From contig DAOMOX010000001.1 in NCBI GenBank assembly GCA_035444565.1, positions 194,335-258,334 of the forward strand: a stretch of DNA of 64,000 nucleotides, read 5' to 3'. Numbering within the stretch: position 1 is the first letter of the stretch; each line of letters begins with the position of its first letter. Below, in pieces: positions 56,360 through 64,000 of the stretch. The stretch is from Candidatus Dojkabacteria bacterium. GTDB lineage: Bacteria > Patescibacteriota > Dojkabacteria > B142 > OLB20. Under the pieces are notes generated by a model. The model was not told the origin of the DNA. It made no database searches and was given only the letters and a program-made list of their open reading frames with translations. A program made the position numbers and the translations under genes.

Positions 56360-57436
56360 ATGTCTCCGAAATATCAAATAAAAACTTTTTACGAGATTGA
56401 TCAAAACCTGATTAAAGAGTGGGAATCACTATGGATTAACGCAGTAAATGCGACAATATTTAACTCATATCCATGGTTCAAGGCTACTTCAAAAACTAAA
56501 CAATTGCATAAATGTGTTATTTATCTCTGTTACCAAAACGATGAACTTGTGGCAATCTTACCCCTCGTGGAGGAAAAGCGATTTGGAATCAAAGTGTTAA
56601 CAACTCATCTAGGAAGTTATATTTCAGATGAAGCAATTTTATTAAAGGAATATAATGCACAACTGCTAAAAGAACTAATAGTAGAGATTTCCAAGAACAA
56701 CAACTTATACCTAACCCGGGTAAGCTCCACAAATGTCCAAGACCTAAAAAACATTTTTCCTCAAATATTCTTCTCTGTTATTGGTGTAAATCCGATTATT
56801 AATCTCAAGGGTGACCCATTATCTTCGTTTTCAAAGTCATCAAGAAAGAAACTAGAAAGCATACTAAAGAAAGCAGGAGACATGATTGTACTCAAGACAT
56901 TTTCAGAAGATGATAATCTAAATGAATTGCTAAAAGTAATGATTGATATTGATACAAATAGTGGGAAGCAAAAGAATTCAAGAGATATATTCACCAAAGA
57001 GGAAGAAAAAAGATTCTTCGCCAATTTGATTAACTACTGTAGGAAATATATTGAAATATCAATACTTTATTACAATGATAAACCCATAGCTTACACATTC
57101 AACCTGAAGGGTGGAAAAGTATATTTTGGTTACCAAACTTCATATCTATTTGAGTATAGAAAATTGTCTCCAGGGAAATTAGTATTAATGAGATCTCTTA
57201 AAGAAATTGCACATTCGGGATATAATCTACTGGACTGTGGAGAAGGTCTTAGCGCATTTAAACAAGAATTTACTAAAGATTATAAACTGAAATATGATCT
57301 TCATTATTCGAGGAATTCTTTGGTGATGATTTGGTGGAAATTAATAATTTTCGCAAGAAGAGCAAAACAAATACTTCTCCCAGAGAAAAATAGTAGGGAT
57401 TATGAATTTTTATTTACTACAAATTTAAAAGGTTAA
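56360..57436 (+). CDS. GNAT-fold acyltransferase, BioF2-like/CelD/FemAB-related (paralog)
   Basis: EWESLWINAVNATIFNSYPWFKAT with the same layout as 55308-56357. Confidence 0.45.
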   Translation: MSPKYQIKTFYEIDQNLIKEWESLWINAVNATIFNSYPWFKATSKTKQLHKCVIYLCYQNDELVAILPLVEEKRFGIKVLTTHLGSYISDEAILLKEYNAQLLKELIVEISKNNNLYLTRVSSTNVQDLKNIFPQIFFSVIGVNPIINLKGDPLSSFSKSSRKKLESILKKAGDMIVLKTFSEDDNLNELLKVMIDIDTNSGKQKNSRDIFTKEEEKRFFANLINYCRKYIEISILYYNDKPIAYTFNLKGGKVYFGYQTSYLFEYRKLSPGKLVLMRSLKEIAHSGYNLLDCGEGLSAFKQEFTKDYKLKYDLHYSRNSLVMIWWKLIIFARRAKQILLPEKNSRDYEFLFTTNLKG

Positions 57437-57461
57437 TTATATAAAAAAGCACTTTAAAGAA

Positions 57462-59069
57462 ATGGAAAAAGTCATAAAATTAAAAAAATTTAAAAGTATG
57501 TTTTCAACAACATTACAAATAGTAGTATTAATATTCATAACATTGGTACTATTTGCCTCTATTAGAGGAACTGCAGGAATTCCTACAGCTGAAGAACTAA
57601 ACAGCCCAGTTTGGAAAGAACAAGGACCATTTGAATTATCCCCAGAAAGAGGACGTTATGCTTTAACATATTCAATCATTGAAGATAAATCATTTGATTT
57701 CTCTATACCTGTCGCAAGATTTACTACTCCCGACCTTGGTTTTACAGATGGCAAATTTGTCTCGTTGTTTGCTCCTGGCGTTTCCTTCTTGGTTATTCCG
57801 GGATACATTGTCGGACATTACCTAGGGATGTCTCAAGTGGGAACATATTCTGCAATTGCTGTCTATGCAATTCTAAACTTTATATTGATTCGTCAGATAA
57901 GTAAATTATTGGGGGCAAGTAACCCAGCTTCAGTAATTGCAGGGATGACTTTCATATTCGCAACTCCCGCCTTTGCGTATGGTGTAAGCCTTTACCAACA
58001 TCATATATCTACATTCCTGATACTTTTAGCTACATACTTACTAGTCAGATTTGAAAGGAAATGGTTAGCTATAGTTGGAATTTGGTTCCTTTGCGGATTA
58101 GGGATAGCTGTAGATAATCCAAATCTATTGATGATGATGCCAATAGGTATAGTTGCATTATTGCAATCTCTAGATATTGAAGAGAAGAAGGAAGAGATGA
58201 GTATAAGAATTTATCCGAAATATATTATTGCAATAATTGGAGTACTTATACCAGCTTTAGGATTCATGTATTTTAATTATGTATCTTATGGAAATCCTTT
58301 ACAGTTAGGAGGTACAACAAATAGTGTAGATGCGATAAACGAAGAAGGTAAACCAGTTACTTCTGAAGGTATACTGACCCCTGAAGAACTTGCACAAGCC
58401 GGAGAGTTTGAAGAGGGAGAACGTTCTTCTGTCGGGTTTTTCGAGGCTCGAGACATGGTCAACGGTCTTTATATCCACCTTTTCAGTGAAGACAGAGGTG
58501 TGATATATTTCACACCTGTAATCCTGACCGGAATTATTGGAATTTTCGTACTTTATAGATCAAAAAATAAACATCTCCCATTACTATTAAGTATCGTCGG
58601 AGTGAATCTGATACTCTACTCAATGTGGGGTGACCCTTGGGGAGGATGGGCATTTGGATCAAGGTATTTGATACCAAGTTATGCCATTATGTCGATTTTC
58701 ATTGCAATGGCATTAACCAGATATTCCAGAAATATTCTGGTCTTGCTTGTTTTTGCCGTACTTTTTGTCTATTCAACTGCAATAAACACACTAGGAGCTA
58801 TCACTACAAGCGCAATACCTCCGAAAGTACAAGCTATTCCGCTCGAAGCTTTGACTGGTAAAGAAGAAAAATTCAACTACAAAAGAAGCTGGGATTTCCT
58901 AAACAATAATGGTTCTAAGTCATATTTTTACCAGGAATTTCTGGAAGATAGTGTTCCAGCAAAAGATTTTTATATCACTCTTGTGTCAGCGATATCCACA
59001 GTATCAATAATGACATTAATCGGAGTCTATTTAACAAAAAGAAAAACTAAAGATGAAAATAAAGATTGA
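57462..59069 (+). CDS. GT-C fold membrane glycosyltransferase-like protein (PMT/ArnT/PIG-mannosyltransferase-like)
   Basis: 535 aa with about 11 TM and an extracytoplasmic loop after TM1. Overall GT-C topology. Confidence 0.5.
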   Translation: MEKVIKLKKFKSMFSTTLQIVVLIFITLVLFASIRGTAGIPTAEELNSPVWKEQGPFELSPERGRYALTYSIIEDKSFDFSIPVARFTTPDLGFTDGKFVSLFAPGVSFLVIPGYIVGHYLGMSQVGTYSAIAVYAILNFILIRQISKLLGASNPASVIAGMTFIFATPAFAYGVSLYQHHISTFLILLATYLLVRFERKWLAIVGIWFLCGLGIAVDNPNLLMMMPIGIVALLQSLDIEEKKEEMSIRIYPKYIIAIIGVLIPALGFMYFNYVSYGNPLQLGGTTNSVDAINEEGKPVTSEGILTPEELAQAGEFEEGERSSVGFFEARDMVNGLYIHLFSEDRGVIYFTPVILTGIIGIFVLYRSKNKHLPLLLSIVGVNLILYSMWGDPWGGWAFGSRYLIPSYAIMSIFIAMALTRYSRNILVLLVFAVLFVYSTAINTLGAITTSAIPPKVQAIPLEALTGKEEKFNYKRSWDFLNNNGSKSYFYQEFLEDSVPAKDFYITLVSAISTVSIMTLIGVYLTKRKTKDENKD

Positions 59070-60657
59070 AAAAGCAAAAATTAACAATTTAACTCATTTC
59101 CTAGAGAAGCATGCACTAACGTTAATCGTATTAACCCTTATTTTAGTAGCAACTGCCACATGGTATGGGTTCTATCAAAATGGATTAGGGCTCGCATACA
59201 ACGACGCTCGCTCACATCTAAATATCGGAAGACGTGTTGTAGAAGGTCTAAAACCAGGACTTGCACAGATTGGATCTGTTTGGTTACCACTACCTCATTT
59301 GCTCATGGTTCCGACCATATGGAATGACTTTTTCTGGCATTCGGGACTCGCTGGAGCAATTCAATCAATGGGTTCTTTTGTTATCACAGGTATGTTAGTT
59401 TATCTTTATTTGAAAAAGCTCGGAGTGTCACTATTTGCACGATTCTTTGGTGTCGCTATGTTTGCCCTGAATTTAAATGTATTGTATCTACAATCAACCG
59501 CGATGACCGAGCTACTTTTGATTGCTACCATGACTGCTGGTTCGTATTACTTGTTATTGTGGGCTCAGAAGGAAAATATTGTTGATCTCTTAAAGTGCTC
59601 TCTTTTTATAATGCTTTCCACTTTGATTCGATATGATGGCTGGTTCTTGATTTTCATAGCTACTTTGATAGTGGCATTCCAAATATTTCGCAAGAAAGGC
59701 TACAAGGCCACAGAAGGTATGTCGATCATGTTTATGTCTCTTGGTGGTTTAGGTATTGCGCTTTGGGTACTCTGGAATTTACTGATTTTCGGAGACCCAT
59801 TATTCTTTGCATTTGGTCCTTTTTCAGCACATTCTCAGCAGGAACAGTTATTAGCAGCAGGGAATCTCCCTACAAAGGGCGATATACTACTCTCAATCAA
59901 AATGTATCTATATGCCCTATTTTTCAATTCTTATACATTACCGGCGATTCTAGGGCTATTTGGAGGTATAAGTCTATGGTTTAACAAGAAAATTAATATA
60001 AATGCTCGAATTGCCACACTGGCTTTGATTGCTCCATTTATTTTCAACATTCTAGCACTTTACCTTGGTCACTCCGTTTTGTTTATTCAAGGGATTTCTG
60101 GAGACACATGGTTCAATGTCCGCTATGGAGTCATGCTTGCCCCTTCTATTGCCATTTTCGTGGCATATTTGACCGACAAAGTGAAACCAATGAGATTCGT
60201 TATAGTGGGTCTTACTTTGCTGGTTCTGACATTTGCTTTTCTAAATCAAGATGCTGTAACAATTGATGATGCACGAGTTGGCTCTAGTCAGAAAAATGTT
60301 TCCGAAGTATCCGACTGGCTAGCTGATAACGCTGGAGACAAAGAAGGCTTTATTCTAATTTCTGCTGCCTCTCATGATGCTATAATCTTTTCGTCAGGAA
60401 TGGATATGAGTAGATTTATCCATGAAGGAACAGGACTTTACTGGGATACTGCTCTCGGAAACCCTGACCATTGGGCTAGATGGATAGTGATGAGAACCCA
60501 TGACGAAAATGATTTAGTATTCAGAGAAATCAACAAAGAAGCATGGGAAGATCATTACACACTTGTAGATCATTATCCTTTTGCAGATATCTACGAACTA
60601 AAACCAGAGTCAATGACAAATTTAAACACAGAACCTGTTCTTAAGAATGTGAAATAA
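59053..60657 (+). CDS. GT-C fold membrane glycosyltransferase-like protein (second, with a C-terminal extracytoplasmic domain of about 150 aa)
   Basis: 534 aa with about 11 TM. The first loop is LAYNDARSHLNIGRRV. It overlaps the previous gene by 17 nt. Confidence 0.45.
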   Translation: MKIKIEKAKINNLTHFLEKHALTLIVLTLILVATATWYGFYQNGLGLAYNDARSHLNIGRRVVEGLKPGLAQIGSVWLPLPHLLMVPTIWNDFFWHSGLAGAIQSMGSFVITGMLVYLYLKKLGVSLFARFFGVAMFALNLNVLYLQSTAMTELLLIATMTAGSYYLLLWAQKENIVDLLKCSLFIMLSTLIRYDGWFLIFIATLIVAFQIFRKKGYKATEGMSIMFMSLGGLGIALWVLWNLLIFGDPLFFAFGPFSAHSQQEQLLAAGNLPTKGDILLSIKMYLYALFFNSYTLPAILGLFGGISLWFNKKININARIATLALIAPFIFNILALYLGHSVLFIQGISGDTWFNVRYGVMLAPSIAIFVAYLTDKVKPMRFVIVGLTLLVLTFAFLNQDAVTIDDARVGSSQKNVSEVSDWLADNAGDKEGFILISAASHDAIIFSSGMDMSRFIHEGTGLYWDTALGNPDHWARWIVMRTHDENDLVFREINKEAWEDHYTLVDHYPFADIYELKPESMTNLNTEPVLKNVK

Positions 60658-61668
60658 ATGATGGATTTTATTGAAAAGCTAAGAAGACTTAGCCTCAAAC
60701 AAATTATATCTGGGCTTTTTATAGCAAGTTTAATTTCTTTACTAGTTTATCTCTACATTTCATCGGTGCAAGGTCCAAATAAACCAGCTAATCTCTGGGA
60801 AGTTCAATCTATCGACACTATGAAATATTCTAGGGATTTAGCTAGAGAAAAACTAAACGAAGCAACGTTTGACGAGGAAATTGATTATCAAGTTAGTAAT
60901 ATCAAAGAGATGGGTGCTAGTCATGTAGCACTCGGAACTCCATACGATGATGAGTTTATACCTTATCTAGAAAGGTGGGTTAATACTGCAAGAAAGTATC
61001 GCCTAAAAGTTTGGTTCCGGGGGAATTTCTCAGGATGGGAGCAATGGTTCAATTACGAGGGGATAACTCCAGAAAAACATCAGGAACTAATTGAAACATT
61101 CATTATTAATAATCCGCAACTTTTCCAGGATGGAGACATTTTCTCACCATGTACCGAATGTGAAAATGGAGTATTGGGAGACCCGAGACTCACTGGTAAT
61201 GTCAATGACTATAAAATATTCTTGGTCGAAGAATATGATATAGCCAATACCGCATTCGATAGAATTGAAAAAGACGTTACAGTAAATTTCCCGATGAACG
61301 GAGATGTCGCAGAATTAATTATGGACAAACGGATGACTCAAAATCTGGGAGGAGTAGTTGTGGTGGATCATTACGTCGAAAGACCTGAACAATTAGCAGA
61401 AGACGTAAGACATTATGCAAAATTAAGCGGGGGCAAAGTAATCCTAGGTGAAATAGGTGTTTATATTCCTGGAATCCATCCCCAAATGAATGATTTCGAA
61501 CAGGCAGACTGGCTTGAACAAGCTTTAACATTGCTTGCAGAAGAGGAAGACCTCGTAGGTATTAATTATTGGGTATTTAGCGACGGGACCACTCAACTAT
61601 GGGAGAAAGACACTCGTGTGAAAAGGAAAGCGGCTGATGTTTTACAAAATTTCTATAAACCCAAGTAG
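60658..61668 (+). CDS. membrane-anchored TIM-barrel glycoside-hydrolase-like protein (GH5/GH113-like, tentative)
   Basis: N-terminal TM. KVILGEIGV is a candidate nucleophile-Glu strand, and ...NPQLFQDGDIFSPCTECENG is a candidate acid/base region. GINYWVFSDG may be a C-terminal barrel strand. Confidence 0.35.
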   Translation: MMDFIEKLRRLSLKQIISGLFIASLISLLVYLYISSVQGPNKPANLWEVQSIDTMKYSRDLAREKLNEATFDEEIDYQVSNIKEMGASHVALGTPYDDEFIPYLERWVNTARKYRLKVWFRGNFSGWEQWFNYEGITPEKHQELIETFIINNPQLFQDGDIFSPCTECENGVLGDPRLTGNVNDYKIFLVEEYDIANTAFDRIEKDVTVNFPMNGDVAELIMDKRMTQNLGGVVVVDHYVERPEQLAEDVRHYAKLSGGKVILGEIGVYIPGIHPQMNDFEQADWLEQALTLLAEEEDLVGINYWVFSDGTTQLWEKDTRVKRKAADVLQNFYKPK

Positions 61669-61749
61669 GGAGACATTTTTGGCAAAATTTGATAAAATCA
61701 TGCACTAGGTAAAGGAATTACTATATTAGTACATATTTTTTAAAGCATT

Positions 61750-62817
61750 ATGAAAATAATAATTTTCGCTGGAGGGCATGGTACTCGATTATGGCCACTC
61801 AGTCGTAAAAACTCCCCAAAGCAATTCGAGAAAATGTTTAACGGTAAATCTACTCTACAATTGATGGTAGATAGGGTTAAACCCGTTGTTGGCATTGAGA
61901 ACGTATATATTTCAACCGGTAGCGCTTTCAAAGAAATTATTGAAAGTCAGCTCACGGAACTTCCCAGGGAAAATATCATCTACGAACCAGCAAAAAGAGA
62001 TCTCGCCGCTGCAGTTGGTCTTGCTTTTCTAACATTAAAACAAAAAGGTGTGAACGAGCCTGTAGCAATATTATGGTCTGATCATCTGGTTGAAAATCTA
62101 TCTGAATTTCAAAATGCATTAAGAACAGGTGAGCAACTTATCAATGAAAATCCAAACAGATTTATCTTTAACGGAGAAATACCTAGATTTGCAAATAATA
62201 ATTTAGGTTGGATTAGTATCGGAGACACAATTGAAAATAAAAATGGATTTGATGTCCATAGTTTTGAAGGTTGGATTTACAGACCTGATGTCGAATTATG
62301 CAATCAATTATTCGAATCAAAAAGAGCAGTCTGGAACACTGGATATTTTGTTACTTCCGTCGATTTTGTAACAGGCTTGTATCAACAGCACATGCCTGAA
62401 ATGTATTCTCAACTTCAACAAGTAGTTTCCAGCCCTGAACTTTTGGATTCTATCTACCCGACAATTGAATCTATACATTTTGACGAAGCAATAGTACAAA
62501 AATCACGTCCCGATCAGGCTGTTGTACTCACTTTTGACATAGGTTGGAGTGACCCCGGAACACTTTATGCACTTAAAGAAGCTATAGTGGCTAACAAAGA
62601 AGATAATTATATTCATGGTAAAGCAGTATCACTGGCTACTTCGGATTCTATGATTTTTAATCAACAACAGAATAAATTAGTCGCAACTATCGGATTAGAC
62701 GGATTTGTAGTAGTAAATACAGAAGATGCTGTTTTCGTATGTCACAAGGACAATATTAGAGAGATAACACAGTTATTAAAACAAATTGAAGCAGAAGGAT
62801 ACTCGGAGTACCTATAA
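61750..62817 (+). CDS. manC: mannose-1-phosphate guanylyltransferase (GDP-mannose pyrophosphorylase)
   Basis: MKIIIFAGGHGTRLWPLSRKNSPKQF matches the ManC N-terminal signature (GG.GTRLWPLSR...PKQF). Confidence 0.8.
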   Translation: MKIIIFAGGHGTRLWPLSRKNSPKQFEKMFNGKSTLQLMVDRVKPVVGIENVYISTGSAFKEIIESQLTELPRENIIYEPAKRDLAAAVGLAFLTLKQKGVNEPVAILWSDHLVENLSEFQNALRTGEQLINENPNRFIFNGEIPRFANNNLGWISIGDTIENKNGFDVHSFEGWIYRPDVELCNQLFESKRAVWNTGYFVTSVDFVTGLYQQHMPEMYSQLQQVVSSPELLDSIYPTIESIHFDEAIVQKSRPDQAVVLTFDIGWSDPGTLYALKEAIVANKEDNYIHGKAVSLATSDSMIFNQQQNKLVATIGLDGFVVVNTEDAVFVCHKDNIREITQLLKQIEAEGYSEYL

Positions 62818-62866
62818 TTGTATACAATAAATAGAGGACATCTTTCTTATCTATTAGGAACTTTAA

Positions 62867-64000
62867 TTGGCCCAGAAAGCAATCCGTGAGTACTACGGAA
62901 AAAAATTGATTTTTCAGTATCTGCCAGAATTCTTAACCAGCTTCAGTCAAGGCTATAAAGGGGTAGAAATTGATTCTAAACAGTTAAATCAAATTAATAA
63001 ACTTCCAAATTTCAAATATGGTTATGTTGCAAAGCCAGACGAGCTTTTTGGCAAGAGAGGAAAGAACAATCTCGTATTTATTAATACTGATCAGAAAAAA
63101 GTATTAAACTGGATAAAATCAAAATCATCAGTAAAAACCGTTATCAAACAAAATGAAAAAGAACTCTCTGGGAGTTTAAGAAGATTTATTTTAGAACCTT
63201 TCATCCCTCACGACGAAGAATATTACTTAGCTATTAAAACTGAAAGATTAGTAGATAAATTATATTTTTCCACCTCAGGAGGCGTAGAGGTTGAAGATAA
63301 TTGGGAGAAAGTTACCGGTATAGATATCCCATTTAGCCTTGATAACTCACCTATTCACTCCTACGTTTCGAATACGATTGGCAAACTCATCAAAGATAAA
63401 CAAGAAAGCACTCTATTAGCTGATTTCGTTTCTGCAATTTACCAGGTTTTTAAATTACTGGATTTTTCATATCTTGAGATTAATCCTTTTGTAATTAATG
63501 ATGGAGAGATCTATTTACTTGATCTTGTTGCCAGAATGGATAACACAGCAGTATACAAAAACAGAAAACTATATGAAGTAATAGGGGAACCAGAATTCGC
63601 TCCACCATTTGGTAGTGAAATGCCAGAATCAGAAACTAAAATTATTGAGATGGACGAAAGCTCTGGCGCATCTTTGAAATATAAGCTAATAAATCCAGAA
63701 GGGAAAATTTGGCTTCTAACTTCCGGAGGAGGAGGAAGCGTGATTTTTGCAGATACAGTTGGAGATTTGGGCTATCACTCAGAAATTGCAAATTATACTG
63801 ATTATAGTGGAAACCCCAATACAGATGAAACTCAGGAGTTTTGTGAAATTATATTCTCTGATATGTTTAAAAGTAATAGAAAAGATAAAGTATTAATTGT
63901 CGGAGGGGGAATAGCTAATTTTACAGATATTGCAAAAACATTCACGGGGGTAGCTAGAGCAGTAGAAGAACATCATAAACAATTCAATCAGCAGAAAATC
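62867..64000 (+). CDS. aclB: ATP-citrate lyase-like protein, N-terminal ATP-grasp/citryl-CoA synthetase (AclB-type) portion; TTG start; 3'-truncated by the window edge
   Basis: Translation from TTG at 62867, after an in-frame TAA and an AGGAA RBS 7 nt upstream. It aligns closely with the ACLY N-terminus as recalled: [18 protein letters not shown] versus [32 protein letters not shown] versus [46 protein letters not shown] versus [38 protein letters not shown]...[38 protein letters not shown]...[10 protein letters not shown] versus EFPPPFGRE...[38 protein letters not shown]...[36 protein letters not shown] versus [26 protein letters not shown]. Confidence 0.8.
   Translation, partial: [378 protein letters not shown]

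Noticed and set aside
1-64000. Searched by eye for sortase (TLxTC), integrase/transposase, reverse transcriptase, CRISPR repeats, rRNA and tRNA (GTTCGAATC-type T-loops in intergenic regions)
   Set aside because: None found. Intergenic regions are short and AT-rich without tRNA-like cloverleaf signatures. This is a by-eye scan and could miss divergent elements.

Overview
The window is AT-rich (roughly 35-38% GC by eye), very gene-dense and almost fully coding, with short spacers and many 4-17 nt gene overlaps. The coding style fits a small-genome bacterium, probably CPR/Patescibacteria-like: bacterial SecG and SecDF are present alongside an archaeal-type UMP kinase. I found no rRNA, tRNA, CRISPR array, integrase or transposase. 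Housekeeping content: TrpS, RlmB, Ppa, PyrH, Nnr, ApbE, SecD/F/G, Elp3, a MacB-type ABC pair, MFS transporters, and a LemA/DUF2207 pair. The main content is three cell-envelope glycan/adhesin blocks. (1) An edge-truncated tandem GT4 fusion at 1-1419. (2) 11854-19826: a Dpm1-like GT2 plus a PMT/ArnT-like GT-C next to two surface proteins carrying L[A/S]DTG sortase-type sorting signals. One is a 1665-aa adhesin with SdrD-B/CnaB-like repeats. The other is a small protein with a perfect 12-nt (NNGY)n tandem repeat and a Thr/Pro-rich linker. (3) 47769-62817: a 15-kb co-directional glycan island of 11 genes. It is headed by a single 1582-aa ORF fusing four modules: a Dpm1-like GT2, a processive QxxRW GT2 synthase, a MOP/Wzx-like multi-TM flippase and a GT4. 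Downstream follow a kinase-like protein, GT4, LmbE/PIG-L deacetylase, two FemAB/CelD-like GNATs, two GT-C membrane proteins, a GH5-like hydrolase and ManC. Other points of note: a DinJ/YafQ-type toxin-antitoxin pair; an Elp3 radical-SAM/GNAT enzyme divergent from a Trm9-like methyltransferase; an 864-aa protein with HD-like and RelA/SpoT-synthetase-like motifs; and, at the 3' edge, a TTG-initiated gene strongly resembling the ATP-grasp/citryl-CoA-synthetase part of ATP-citrate lyase. All calls rest on motif recognition by eye. No database searches were run.
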